Notes: generated by a model from the sequence alone, not told the origin. DNA of 64,000 nt from Flavobacteriales bacterium (GCA_046155615.1 JBJXFP010000096.1:398-64397); one strand, 5' to 3'; positions 1-11,276 are shown, counted from the first letter of the stretch. A program made the numbers and translations.

Positions 1-1
1 T

Positions 2-1087
2 AAAAGAATAAGTCTTATGAATGGCCTCTACCACATCAGCAATCAGCGTATTGCACGCAGGCACCGCATGGGCATAGGCACCATAGTGAGCGATACCCTA
101 ATGGCCGTGCGCATAGCAAGGGGCGGCCTGCTGGGGCATGTGGAAGAATCGTTCATGGCATCGTTGCATGTGGGTGATCACTTTTGGTTTGCCGGTATGA
201 GTCTGGAATTAGTAAGAACAAAGGAGCTGACAGCAACAGTAAAAAAATCGGACAAGCGCACTGGCCGCAGCCCCGCATGGCAGGGAGGCAGACTGGCCCT
301 TACCTCACGCATGAGCGATATGCTGCGCATAAAAATGACTGAGGCTGCTGCATTACTCAACAACAGAAGGAAAAAGGCAGACCCTGAGTTAAAAAAAATA
401 TTACCACTTATAGCATTACAAAAGCAACGTTCTCACGTACCGTCAGCAGATGAGTTCCTGATAGAATCTTTTGTTACCGATGACGGACATCATCTGGTGC
501 TTTATCCATTCGAGGGAATATTGGTACACGAGGGCTTGGCAGCGCTTATTGCCTACCGCATCGGGCGCACTATGCCTGTGAGCTTTTCATTGGCCTATAA
601 CGATTATGGATTGGAATTGCTGAGCGAATTTCCGGTAGCGCCTGAGTTGCTGCTTGACAAAAAAATGTACGGCACCACCAACCTGGAGCAAGACATACTT
701 CAGGGAGTGAATGCCACTGAACTGGCTCGTAGAAAATTCAGAGACATAGCGGCTATTGCCGGATTGGTATTCAAAGGCTATCCAGGCCAGCCTGTGCGCG
801 ACAGGCATCTGCAGTCGTCTTCATCACTCATATTTCAGGTGTTTGAAGATTATGATCCGCACAATCTGCTGCTCCGTCAGGCTTATGATGAGGTGGTGAA
901 TTATCAATTGGAAATGCCGCGATTGCGTACTGCATTGGAGCGGATAGGTGATCAGCAAATCATCATTGCCAAATCCGAAAAGCCAACGCCCTTTTCATTC
1001 CCCATCATTACAGACAGACTGCGCGAGCGCATGAGCAGTGAGGAATTGACCAAGCGCATTGAGCGAATGACTGTGGATTATGCTTAG
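2..1087 (+). CDS. Lhr-like DEAD/DEAH-box helicase, C-terminal (DEAD/H-associated) part; the 5' end lies upstream of the window
   Basis: The frame is open from base 2, so the listed ATG at 17 is probably internal. The translation (e.g. LVLYPFEGILVHEGLAALIAYRIG, PTPFSFPIITDRLRE) resembles the C-terminal domain of Lhr / ligase-associated DEXH helicases as I recall them. Not verified by search. Confidence 0.55.
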   Translation, partial: KRISLMNGLYHISNQRIARRHRMGIGTIVSDTLMAVRIARGGLLGHVEESFMASLHVGDHFWFAGMSLELVRTKELTATVKKSDKRTGRSPAWQGGRLALTSRMSDMLRIKMTEAAALLNNRRKKADPELKKILPLIALQKQRSHVPSADEFLIESFVTDDGHHLVLYPFEGILVHEGLAALIAYRIGRTMPVSFSLAYNDYGLELLSEFPVAPELLLDKKMYGTTNLEQDILQGVNATELARRKFRDIAAIAGLVFKGYPGQPVRDRHLQSSSSLIFQVFEDYDPHNLLLRQAYDEVVNYQLEMPRLRTALERIGDQQIIIAKSEKPTPFSFPIITDRLRERMSSEELTKRIERMTVDYA

Positions 1088-1116
1088 TAATGATAGGCTG
1101 AGTCTGAGACTACTTA

Positions 1117-2502
1117 TTAGTTGCAGATATTTCCGTAGAGGGAAATGAAGATGTTCATGTCCGTGGCACCTACCACATCATTGTCGTCAAGGTCGGTGAT
1201 ACAAGCACTCCCGGTGCAACCAAATTCACCGATTATGATGATTAGATCGAGCACGCTCACCACACCATCGCAGTTGAAATCAGCCGGGCAACAATCTTCT
1301 ATTTCGAAAGGCAGCACAGTGATGTTGGTGGTACAAGTGCTGCTGTTACCAAATTCGTCAAACACAGTAAATTCTACAACAGTAGTTCCCACCGGATAAG
1401 TGTCTGAAGCAAAGCCTGTGTTGTTGTAGTCGTTGGTAATGCCATTGAGTTCATTGCAGTCGTCTGCCACCAGATCGGGTACGGCTACGTATGCCTCATT
1501 GTCGCCTTCTGCCGCTGTTATAGTAATATCGTCAGGGCATTGCACTATTGGGCCTTCATCGTCAATGGTATATACATTGAATGAACAAGAGGCTGAGTTG
1601 CCGCTTGCATCGGTTGCAGTGAGTGTAACCGGCTGCAAGCCATCTACAAATGTGCCCACCGGAGGATTTTGCGTAATGAGTGGGAAAGGATCTGTATCGT
1701 CATCAACTACTGCATCACTTGTATAGTTGATTAAGTAGGCCGCACAATCAGTGGAGTATTCTACTTCAATTACCATATCGCCCGGACAATTGATAGTTGG
1801 CGGTGTGTTGTCAGTGCCCATGAGGCCTTCCAGGGTGATGTCGTCTACTGCAAAACTTGGGTCTGTCGCGTCACCATCATCATTGCTGGTCCATCGGAAA
1901 CCTATTTTCACATTTGCATTGTTGTTGGCTGTTACAGGCAATGCAATGCTGTAGGCAGTCCAGATGCCCTGTGGGGAGCAGGTGAGAGCGGTCTTAGGCA
2001 AATCAATCAGTTGGCTCCAGGTGGTTCCGTTGTAGTACCACAATGAGGCATTGTCAAGCGCATTACCACCTTCCATATACACAAACTCGAGTGTGACCGA
2101 GGTGTAACCTACGCAGCTTATTGCAGGAGACTCAGCGCGCCTGTCTGATGCACCGCAAGGCAGTATGTCGCAAAGGCCTCCGAATCCTTCGTAGTAAGCC
2201 GCCCCTAAGTCACCAACTACATCCGGATGAGAACTTACATGCAGCGAGCGATCGTTGCCACAGCCAGTTCCGCATTGGCCCGCTGCATTGCCATTTTCCA
2301 TTGCACTTGCGTACCACACATTGCCAGTCGGTTCATTGAATCCTGTATCGGTCACGTTCCATGTGCCATTGCCTGTGGCATAGCCTGCCGCCTGCGTGTC
2401 GCCACCGCAGCCACTGCCAAAGTCTTCAGTCCAAAAAGTGACTTGCGCATGTGATTGATAAAATGAAAGAAGAGCGAATGAAAAAATGTAAAAATGCTTC
2501 AT
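1117..2502 (-). CDS. Secreted protein with two HYR-like Ig modules and a C-terminal dockerin-like double EF-hand module
   Basis: Start moved to the internal Met giving signal peptide MKHFYIFSFALLSFYQSHAQ. There are two about 80 aa modules with a CP(G/D)D...C pattern typical of HYR domains. The C-terminus carries DFNCDGVVSVLD and DLDDNDVVGATD, which fit DxNxDGxVxxxD calcium loops. Confidence 0.6.
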   Translation of the reverse strand: MKHFYIFSFALLSFYQSHAQVTFWTEDFGSGCGGDTQAAGYATGNGTWNVTDTGFNEPTGNVWYASAMENGNAAGQCGTGCGNDRSLHVSSHPDVVGDLGAAYYEGFGGLCDILPCGASDRRAESPAISCVGYTSVTLEFVYMEGGNALDNASLWYYNGTTWSQLIDLPKTALTCSPQGIWTAYSIALPVTANNNANVKIGFRWTSNDDGDATDPSFAVDDITLEGLMGTDNTPPTINCPGDMVIEVEYSTDCAAYLINYTSDAVVDDDTDPFPLITQNPPVGTFVDGLQPVTLTATDASGNSASCSFNVYTIDDEGPIVQCPDDITITAAEGDNEAYVAVPDLVADDCNELNGITNDYNNTGFASDTYPVGTTVVEFTVFDEFGNSSTCTTNITVLPFEIEDCCPADFNCDGVVSVLDLIIIIGEFGCTGSACITDLDDNDVVGATDMNIFISLYGNICN

Positions 2503-2582
2503 AGCAGTATGGATTGATTGGCGGAAATGTAACAGGATGACGCGTGTACCGATCTGTTGGTTGGTTGTCAATTTTTTTAAAC

Positions 2583-2618
2583 AAAAAAAACCCGCTTTGA
2601 AATTGCTTTCAAAACGGG
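2583..2618 (-). terminator. Rho-independent terminator downstream of gdhA
   Basis: Stem cccgctttgaaa / tttcaaaacggg (one mismatch) with loop ttgc, followed on the minus strand by an 8-nt U tract (2583-2590). Confidence 0.6.
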
Positions 2619-2651
2619 TTCAGATTTCTTAATGAAAAAAACTACGGGGCT

Positions 2652-4007
<1,356 letters not shown>

Positions 4008-4146
4008 TTAAAAAATGTGTATTGATTTTTTGAAAAACGGGGGCGAAAGTAATGGCCTTCAACTTTCAGCCAAATCCGTTTGATAGTACTCAGCAACCCA
4101 CAACTTCTTTTTGCGTTTAGTATTGCCCGAACTACGTAGAATCATA

Positions 4147-4608
4147 ATGAAAAAACTATTTCCCCTGTTGGCCGCATGCACAATACTTATGTTACTGGCA
4201 TCTTGTGACCCGGTTGAAAATGAAGAAAACGAGACAGCCATTGTGCCTGTACAGGCCGTAACTGCGAGCATTGGCGGACAGCTGTTCACAGCAGCTTCCA
4301 TAACACATGAAGTGCTCGATGGCATACATGTTTTTATATGCACTTCAGCCACACTGGATGTGCTCACCATCAAAATTTCTGACCTTGCGGTTGGGGATCA
4401 TGCTATAAACTTTGACGACCCGACCATTACTTACTATACAGGAGGTAACCTATTTGATCAGACGCCCATGGCTACAGGCACTATCAACATTTCCGAGCAA
4501 ACCGCCTACAGAATCAATGGAAGTTTTGAAACTGTTGTGCGCGACATTGCTGTAAGTGGTCAGGAGCTAACTGTTACAGGCGGTCTATTCACCCAGTTAG
4601 AATATTGA
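4147..4608 (+). CDS. Hypothetical lipoprotein
   Basis: Internal Met gives MKKLFPLLAACTILMLLASC, a signal peptide plus lipobox Cys. No recognisable family. Confidence 0.55.
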   Translation: MKKLFPLLAACTILMLLASCDPVENEENETAIVPVQAVTASIGGQLFTAASITHEVLDGIHVFICTSATLDVLTIKISDLAVGDHAINFDDPTITYYTGGNLFDQTPMATGTINISEQTAYRINGSFETVVRDIAVSGQELTVTGGLFTQLEY

Positions 4609-4644
4609 AAGGCTTTTGAAACACATACTGTGATTGTCATGATA

Positions 4645-4680
4645 AATAAACGGGGCCCCATTGCTGGAGCCCCGTTTATT
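4645..4680 (+). terminator. Rho-independent terminator after the 4147-4608 lipoprotein gene
   Basis: 12-bp stem aataaacggggc / gccccgtttatt with a 12-nt loop and a T-rich 3' side. Confidence 0.55.
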
Positions 4681-4835
4681 TGTTTAGGAAATCATGAAAT
4701 ACTGACTGCATTCTGAAGGCCGGAGAGGCAGGCAGAGCTACAATCAATGCCGTTGTGAACTCGCGTTCCGGATGTAAAGACATCATAGGCTTGCAGTGGT
4801 TGCTTGCACAATTGTAAAATTTTTGGGAGCTGCAT

Positions 4836-5819
4836 TTATTGCAGCATCAGATTGCAGCCACGGGCCTCCGTGTGATCCATGCGCCCGAGTACTTCGAAGC
4901 GGCCATCAGGCAATACATGACCCAAATCCTGGGTTGCGATAAAAGAACAACTGTGCAGATTGGCCAGATCAATCACATTCAGGCATCCCTTGCCTGATGA
5001 GCTGATGGACAATGGATCGGTGGTTTCGCGCACCAGCAAGCGCATCCAACTAGGGCATTGGAAAACTCCCTCGCCCTGTGAGTAAGCCTGACTCATTAAT
5101 TCAGTCATTCCGTATTCGCTATGCACTTGCTTTAGATTGAATGCTTCACCAAGTATTTCATGCACCTGTTGACGGGTTAATTCTTCTCTTCGGCCCTTCA
5201 TACCGCCTGTTTCCATCACTAAGGTGTTCTTAAGTGGCATGGGCTGGTTTTCGGCAAAATCCAACAGCGCGAAGGTGACACCAAGCAACAAGGCTTTTTG
5301 GCCGCGCTTTTCACATCTGGTTAGCAGTGCCGCCAGTTCTGCATGGTTATATAGGAAAAATCCACTGCCGTTTTCAGTTGTCTTTGATATGAAGTGATTG
5401 GCCATAAATACAAGAGATGAACCTGTACGCTCAAGATAGGAGGGAAGCAAGGCTGCCACGCAATAGTCAGCCAATGAACCATAGTTCGTTTCGAAAATTC
5501 TGGTGAATACCTGCTCGTATGCCGCAAGAGATTTCATATGATGCACCGCGTGATTGGAGCCAGTGGTTCCGCTGCTGGTAAAGGCGGTTTCAGCTTCATA
5601 GATACCGGTTACAATCCGGTGTGATTTGAAAAATTCGATTGGCAGAAATGGAATTTCTTCCAGATTATTCACAGATATAGCAGCCTTGCTTATGGCCTTG
5701 ATGTATTGGGCATAAATAGGACAGTGTATGGCCTGATGATGAAAAACCTGCAATGCATATTCCTCAAACCGTGCAACATCCATATGCAATATTTCATCTA
5801 TGGAAGGAGTTTGAGACAT
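4836..5819 (-). CDS. LuxE-like acyl-protein synthetase / acyl-adenylate forming enzyme
   Basis: Start set at MSQTPSIDEIL (ATG at 5819, in frame). It has the FTSSGTTGS adenylate-forming motif. Length (327 aa) and overall sequence resemble the LuxE-family proteins common in Bacteroidota. The longer 469 aa ORF would overlap the divergent gene at 5871. Confidence 0.65.
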   Translation of the reverse strand: MSQTPSIDEILHMDVARFEEYALQVFHHQAIHCPIYAQYIKAISKAAISVNNLEEIPFLPIEFFKSHRIVTGIYEAETAFTSSGTTGSNHAVHHMKSLAAYEQVFTRIFETNYGSLADYCVAALLPSYLERTGSSLVFMANHFISKTTENGSGFFLYNHAELAALLTRCEKRGQKALLLGVTFALLDFAENQPMPLKNTLVMETGGMKGRREELTRQQVHEILGEAFNLKQVHSEYGMTELMSQAYSQGEGVFQCPSWMRLLVRETTDPLSISSSGKGCLNVIDLANLHSCSFIATQDLGHVLPDGRFEVLGRMDHTEARGCNLMLQ

Positions 5820-5870
5820 TCGCGTGCAATATGCCAATTGACAAATAAAATTCAGATAGATTTGAACCAA

Positions 5871-6383
5871 ATGAAAGTGAAGCTTAAAACCACCATAGCA
5901 CTTATGGCATTGGCAATAGTATATACAGGCTGCGACCCACAGGCTGAGTTTCCCGATGAACCTGCCATAACCTTGCGCAGCTTTACTACCGAAGGAAACA
6001 ATGCCACACTTGTGCTTGGATTCACTGATGGTGACGGAAATTTTGGTCTTGATGACAGTACCTGGGCAGGCTCCAATTACGACTGCGAATTGACGCACAA
6101 CTTGTATTGCGAGTATTATGAGTTGCAAAACGGACAATGGGTATTCATCAACCTGAGCGATTGTCCACCCAACGACACTACCAATGTTCCTTTTTATTAT
6201 AGAGTGCCTATTGCCGAACCAACAGGACAAAACAAAACACAGCAAGGGGAGATATCCATTGATATGTATGGTTATTTCCGGCTATCTGCCTTCGACACCT
6301 GCCGTTTTGAGATAAGAATAGTAGACCGCGATCTCAATACGAGCAACGTGATTCAGACCCAACCACTGCTAAAGCCAAGTTGA
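5871..6383 (+). CDS. Hypothetical lipoprotein
   Basis: Start at MKVKLKTTIALMALAIVYTGC (signal peptide plus lipobox). No recognisable family. Confidence 0.55.
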   Translation: MKVKLKTTIALMALAIVYTGCDPQAEFPDEPAITLRSFTTEGNNATLVLGFTDGDGNFGLDDSTWAGSNYDCELTHNLYCEYYELQNGQWVFINLSDCPPNDTTNVPFYYRVPIAEPTGQNKTQQGEISIDMYGYFRLSAFDTCRFEIRIVDRDLNTSNVIQTQPLLKPS

Positions 6384-6537
6384 TAAAATCAAGGTCGCAA
6401 GATTTCTCACCCCGATACGGTTGATAAATGGACTTTTTTTGATATGAAAAATCGCGGCAACCCATTCAAATTTGGTGCGTCTAACTCGCGGATTGCTAAA
6501 AATTTATTCTTACTAAATCAAAATTTCGGAGGGTTCT

Positions 6538-6966
6538 ATGAACAAAAAATTCTTTATTACACTTGTTGAAGATTATCCTGGCTATCTGATGCTGGGTGCT
6601 TTCATCGTAATTATTGGTGCTGTTGGCGGTGCAAAACTTTTTGCCAAAGCCGGTCGCCCTTGGTATGCTGCATTCATTCCTGTTTGGAATGTAATTGAGG
6701 TATTGAAAATGGTGGGAAGGCCTGTTTCACACATCGCTTTCTTTCTGGTACCTGTTTACAACATCTATTTCTTCTTCCGTCTTTGCATCGAGATTGCACA
6801 GACTTATGGCAAGTTCACTACACTGGACTATGTGTTGGTGTGCATATTCAATGTCTTCTACGTGTTGAATCTCGCTCTGGCATATAATGAAGAGTACTTC
6901 GGTCCTGTGTATGGCAAGGACTTGAAACAGATGCAAGAGAATGCTGCAGCGCTTGCTGCCTCCTGA
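6538..6966 (+). CDS. Small integral membrane protein, DUF5684-like
   Basis: The motif AKAGRPWYAAFIPVWNVIEVLKMVGRP plus 3-4 hydrophobic helices matches my recollection of the DUF5684 family. Confidence 0.55.
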   Translation: MNKKFFITLVEDYPGYLMLGAFIVIIGAVGGAKLFAKAGRPWYAAFIPVWNVIEVLKMVGRPVSHIAFFLVPVYNIYFFFRLCIEIAQTYGKFTTLDYVLVCIFNVFYVLNLALAYNEEYFGPVYGKDLKQMQENAAALAAS

Positions 6967-7004
6967 GGCATTTGAGAAGTCAACCTTGATCCTGATAATT
7001 CATT

Positions 7005-7037
7005 AAAAACCTTTGCAGAAATGCAAAGGTTTTTTTT
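7005..7037 (+). terminator. Rho-independent terminator
   Basis: 13-bp stem aaaaacctttgca / tgcaaaggttttt with loop gaaa, running into a T tract. Confidence 0.7.
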
Positions 7038-7139
7038 ATTTCAGTATCCTTCCATCTGTGATAAGAGCTGTCATCATTTCATTGACAAATGTGAAGTGGA
7101 CGTCCATTTGGATGGATACTAAATTCACCGCACAGAGCT

Positions 7140-8624
7140 ATGCGAAAAAAAGTTGTAGTAATAGGAAGTGGTTTCTCGGGACTTGCTGCCGCGTGCGTCT
7201 TGGCCCAACAGGGTTGTGATGTCCATGTGTTTGAGAAGAATAGCATGGCCGGAGGAAGAGCTCGGACCTACACACACCAAGGTTTTGTTTTCGATATGGG
7301 CCCGTCCTGGTATTGGATGCCTGAAATTTTTGATAATTTTTTTAACCGATTTGGTAAAAACACCGATAACTACTATAGGCTTGGCAGGCTCAATCCTTCA
7401 TACAAAGTCATTTTTAAGGACAGCAGCAGTACAGATGTCCCGGCAGATATAACAGAACTCAAAGCGGAATTTGAAAAACTGGAATTTGGCAGTGGAGCTA
7501 AGTTGGATGAATTTCTTGCCGAAGCCAAAAAGAAGTATGAAGCCGGAATGCATCGTTTTGTTTGGAAGCCCGGACACTCCTGGACCGAATTTCTAAACCT
7601 GAATCTCATATCAGAAGCAAGTCAGCTTGACATTTTCAATAATATGCGCAAACATCTGCGCAAGTATTTCAGCCATCCGAATATCCTACAATTGATGGAA
7701 TTTCCGGTGCTCTTTCTGGGCGCAAAGCCGCAGAATACGCCAGCTCTGTATAGCATGATGAACTATGCTGACATCGTTTTGGGTACATGGTATCCGCTAG
7801 GCGGCATGGGTGCAGTGCCTCAAGCCATGGAATCTTTGGCAAATGAACTTGGAGTTCGATTTCACTTTCAAGCTGAGGTAACCAAAATAAAAGCTGATGA
7901 TGGAAAGGTGAACAGGGTAGAAATAAATGGAAGAGATGAGGTTGATTGTGATGCAATAATCAGCGCTGCAGATTATTTTCATACAGAGCTAAATCTACTT
8001 GACCAAAAATTTCGTAACTACAACGAAGCGTATTGGAACAAGAGAGTTATGTCACCTTCAAGCCTCATTTTTTATGTAGGTATTGACAAACCCATTAGGC
8101 ACTTGCAACACCACAACCTTTTCTTCGATGGAGACTTTGAGCGGCACGCGGCTGAAATCTATGATCAGCCGGCCTGGCCTGCGTGTCCGCTATTTTACCT
8201 CTGTGTGCCATCAAAATCTGACAACAACGTAGCTCCTTACGGTAAAGAGAATTTTTTCATTCTTATACCCGTTGCGGCAGGTATGCAAAGTGAAGAGGAA
8301 CACAGGCAGACCTATTTTGAACATTGCCTGAGTCGAATAGAAAAGCACACCGGTGAGTCCATCAAAGAACATGTGCTGTTTGCAAAGTCATATGCTCATG
8401 AAGAGTTTGAAAGGGATTACCACTCATACAAGGGCAATGCATACGGTCTGGCGAACACCCTTGGCCAAACGGCATTCATGAAACCCAAAATGCGCAACCG
8501 CAAATTGAAAAACCTTTTCTACAGCGGCCAGCTTACAGTACCCGGACCTGGAGTGCCGCCTGCCATTATCAGCGGCCAATTGGCCGCTGAGGAAGTGCTC
8601 AATTATTTCAACAATCACAATTGA
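7140..8624 (+). CDS. crtI: Phytoene desaturase
   Basis: N-terminal FAD fold VVVIGSGFSGLAAACVLAQQG...EKNSMAGGRA. 494 aa. Sits directly upstream of crtB. Confidence 0.9.
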   Translation: MRKKVVVIGSGFSGLAAACVLAQQGCDVHVFEKNSMAGGRARTYTHQGFVFDMGPSWYWMPEIFDNFFNRFGKNTDNYYRLGRLNPSYKVIFKDSSSTDVPADITELKAEFEKLEFGSGAKLDEFLAEAKKKYEAGMHRFVWKPGHSWTEFLNLNLISEASQLDIFNNMRKHLRKYFSHPNILQLMEFPVLFLGAKPQNTPALYSMMNYADIVLGTWYPLGGMGAVPQAMESLANELGVRFHFQAEVTKIKADDGKVNRVEINGRDEVDCDAIISAADYFHTELNLLDQKFRNYNEAYWNKRVMSPSSLIFYVGIDKPIRHLQHHNLFFDGDFERHAAEIYDQPAWPACPLFYLCVPSKSDNNVAPYGKENFFILIPVAAGMQSEEEHRQTYFEHCLSRIEKHTGESIKEHVLFAKSYAHEEFERDYHSYKGNAYGLANTLGQTAFMKPKMRNRKLKNLFYSGQLTVPGPGVPPAIISGQLAAEEVLNYFNNHN

Positions 8625-8641
8625 AACTGCCATCTTTTAGA

Positions 8642-9487
8642 ATGAAGAACAACAGACAACTTTTTGATGATGTGAGTGCAGCATGCAGCAGAAACACGGC
8701 ACTCAGCTACAGCACGAGTTTTTCTCTGGGAATTAGCACACTTGGTAAACGCTACAGGCAGCCTGTGTATGCCATCTATGGTTTTGTCCGCTTTGCAGAT
8801 GAAATAGTGGACACGTTTCATTCATACAACAAAGCAGATTTACTCAAGAGATTTAGAGAGGATACTTTGTATGCAATAGACAACCGAATTTCTATGAACC
8901 CCATTCTGCATTCATTTCAGCAAGCCTATCACCAATTCAATTTAGAGTGGCCGCTTGTTGATCAATTTTTGAAAAGTATGGAGATGGACTTGTCGGATAG
9001 AACCTACACCAATGAACAATATAACCAATACATCCATGGATCGGCTGAGGTAGTAGGCATGATGTGCCTGAGGGTTTTTGCTGAAGGGGATCAGCACATC
9101 TACGAAAAGTTGAAACCACAAGCTATTAGGCTTGGTGCGGCCTTCCAGAAAATAAACTTTCTGCGTGATATGAAGCAGGACTATGAAGAGCTTGGTCGAA
9201 ACTATTTTCCTGAGGTGGACTTTACCAATTTTGATTCTACACAAAAACTCAAAATAGAATCAGAAATAAAGATTGATTTTGATGAGGGGCTAAAAGGAAT
9301 CAAAATGCTGCCGCGTGAGTCACGCCTCGGTGTGTATCTTGCTTATGTGTACTATCGTGTATTGTTCAATAAAATGGTTCGAATGCCACATACACACATT
9401 ATGCACAAGCGTGTGCGCATACCGGTAAGCCGCAAATTGGCGTTGCTTGCCCAGAGTTACGTGCGACACAGCCTGAACCTGATCTGA
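8642..9487 (+). CDS. crtB: Phytoene synthase
   Basis: Squalene/phytoene synthase-like sequence (YGFVRFADEIVD, GSAEVVGMMC, AFQKINFLRDMKQD). ATG at 8642 is preferred over the TTG at 8621. Confidence 0.9.
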   Translation: MKNNRQLFDDVSAACSRNTALSYSTSFSLGISTLGKRYRQPVYAIYGFVRFADEIVDTFHSYNKADLLKRFREDTLYAIDNRISMNPILHSFQQAYHQFNLEWPLVDQFLKSMEMDLSDRTYTNEQYNQYIHGSAEVVGMMCLRVFAEGDQHIYEKLKPQAIRLGAAFQKINFLRDMKQDYEELGRNYFPEVDFTNFDSTQKLKIESEIKIDFDEGLKGIKMLPRESRLGVYLAYVYYRVLFNKMVRMPHTHIMHKRVRIPVSRKLALLAQSYVRHSLNLI

Positions 9488-9506
9488 ACCTGATAACCTG
9501 GTAACT

Positions 9507-10037
9507 ATGAACGTGAAAGAAGTGATACTGGTAGATGAAAATGACAACCAAACAGGAATAATGGAAAAGATGGAAGCGCATAGACTCGGCTTATTGCATC
9601 GGGCGTTTTCAGTTTTCATTTTCAATAACGAAGGATCGATGCTGATACACCAGCGGGCCACAGGTAAATACCACGGTGGTGGCTTGTGGACCAATGCCTG
9701 CTGCTCGCACCCCATGCCGGGTGAGGAGGCAGATGTTGCCGCAAGTCGCAGATTGATGCAGGAAATGGGCATAGCATGTCCCCTGCAACATGCCTTCACA
9801 TTCACATACAAGGCGGCAGTCGAAAATGGATTGACTGAACACGAAATAGATCATGTTTACACTGGTGTATATCATGGCAATCCGCAGCATGACAGTGATG
9901 AAGTGCAAGACTGGAAATGGATGCCATTGCAAGAGTTGAAGAATGACATGGAAGCAAGACCGCAGCACTACACTACATGGTTCAGAATAGCTTTGCCATT
10001 GCTTGAGGAGCATTTGCCAATACAAGTCATCAAATGA
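9507..10037 (+). CDS. idi: Isopentenyl-diphosphate delta-isomerase, type 1 (Nudix)
   Basis: HRAFSVFIFN...LIHQRA..K....GLWTNACCSHP and the TEHEIDHVY motifs typical of type 1 IDI. Confidence 0.9.
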   Translation: MNVKEVILVDENDNQTGIMEKMEAHRLGLLHRAFSVFIFNNEGSMLIHQRATGKYHGGGLWTNACCSHPMPGEEADVAASRRLMQEMGIACPLQHAFTFTYKAAVENGLTEHEIDHVYTGVYHGNPQHDSDEVQDWKWMPLQELKNDMEARPQHYTTWFRIALPLLEEHLPIQVIK

Positions 10038-10501
10038 TTTCGATACTTATCACAATATCCACCTTCATACTGATGGAAGGTGTTACATGGTGTACACACA
10101 AATTTGTTATGCATGGACTGATGTGGTACTTCCACGAAGATCATCACAATCCGAGCAGTAGCTTTTTCGAAAAAAATGATGCGTTCTTTTTGATTTTCGC
10201 CATACCCAGTTTTTTACTCATGCTCTTTGGTGCGCAAGCGTATTTCGATTTTCGCTTTTTCATTGGCCTGGGTGTACTGTTCTATGGTGTGGCTTATTTC
10301 TTAGTGCACGATGTGCTCATACACCAGCGATTCAATTGGTTCAACAGAACAGATAATATTTACTTCAGAGCTATACGCAAAGCACACAAAGTGCATCACA
10401 AACATTTGGACAGGCACGATGGCGAATGCTTCGGAATGCTGTTCGTCCCCATAAAATATTTTAGAGAAGCATCTGCGTACAAGGCGGCAAAAGCTGCATG
10501 A
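10034..10501 (+). CDS. crtZ: Beta-carotene 3-hydroxylase
   Basis: Histidine boxes HEDHH, HDVLIHQRF and HKVHHKH. 155 aa. Its start overlaps the idi stop by 4 nt (ATGA). Confidence 0.9.
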   Translation: MISILITISTFILMEGVTWCTHKFVMHGLMWYFHEDHHNPSSSFFEKNDAFFLIFAIPSFLLMLFGAQAYFDFRFFIGLGVLFYGVAYFLVHDVLIHQRFNWFNRTDNIYFRAIRKAHKVHHKHLDRHDGECFGMLFVPIKYFREASAYKAAKAA

Positions 10502-10511
10502 CCCTGACATA

Positions 10512-11270
10512 ATGAACAGCCACTACACTTATCTGATCGTCAATTTGTGCTGTCTGATTGTGCCTTTGATTTTCAGCTTTCATCCCAAAATTCGTTTTTA
10601 CCGCATTTGGAAATCCTTTGCAGCCGGTGCATTGTTCATGATGCTGCTCTTCATACCATGGGATGTTTTTTTTACCTCACAAGGCATCTGGGGTTTCAAT
10701 GAGCAATACATCATCGGTAAAAAAATGATTGGATTACCGGTAGAGGAGTGGCTCTTCTTCATCTGCATACCTTATGCATGTTGTTTCACTTACTGGTGCA
10801 TGAAGTTGTTTGTACGCAGTGGCATCAATGGGCCTTGGTGGCTTCTGTCAGTTTCAGCAGTTGCTGTGGGCTTCATCACCATTGCCTGCCTGCATTGGGG
10901 CAGGTGGTACACCTTCACCGCACATTTGCTTTGCGGCCTTACGCTACTTGCGCATGTCTGGATTTTGCGCAGCGAATACCTGCGCACTTTCAGCATCATG
11001 TTCATCATCATTCTTGTACCATTCGTTGCTGCCAATGGCGTGCTCACCGGCTTGTCATTCTGGCAATATCCCCTGCTGAATGCTGATGTGGAAAATGTGA
11101 AGGATATGGTAGTGTGGTACAACAATGCACACAATCTTCAGCTCAGAATATGCTCCATGCCGCTGGATGATGTGAGCTATGGCATGCTGATGTTGTTGCT
11201 TACTATCACCGGTTTCGAGTGGCACCTCAAGCGCGAAGCAAGAGGATTAAATACTGCACGGACTACGTAG
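10512..11270 (+). CDS. Lycopene cyclase domain-containing protein (fused CrtYc/CrtYd type)
   Basis: 252 aa polytopic membrane protein at the end of the crt cluster. Size and hydrophobic pattern fit the fused heterodimeric-type lycopene beta-cyclase. No FAD-type CrtY is present in the cluster. Confidence 0.75.
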   Translation: MNSHYTYLIVNLCCLIVPLIFSFHPKIRFYRIWKSFAAGALFMMLLFIPWDVFFTSQGIWGFNEQYIIGKKMIGLPVEEWLFFICIPYACCFTYWCMKLFVRSGINGPWWLLSVSAVAVGFITIACLHWGRWYTFTAHLLCGLTLLAHVWILRSEYLRTFSIMFIIILVPFVAANGVLTGLSFWQYPLLNADVENVKDMVVWYNNAHNLQLRICSMPLDDVSYGMLMLLLTITGFEWHLKREARGLNTARTT

Positions 11271-11276
11271 CACGTG

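Noticed and set aside
5820-6245. Upstream 142 aa extension of the LuxE-like ORF
   Set aside because: The extension overlaps the divergent lipoprotein gene (5871-6383) and is Cys/Ile-rich with no similarity to LuxE. The Met at 5819 begins the recognisable domain.
7040-7139. Possible Bacteroidota-type promoter (TTTG / TAnnTTTG) upstream of crtI
   Set aside because: I could find a TTTG (about 7107) but no properly spaced TAnnTTTG -7 element, so the evidence is not enough to call a promoter.
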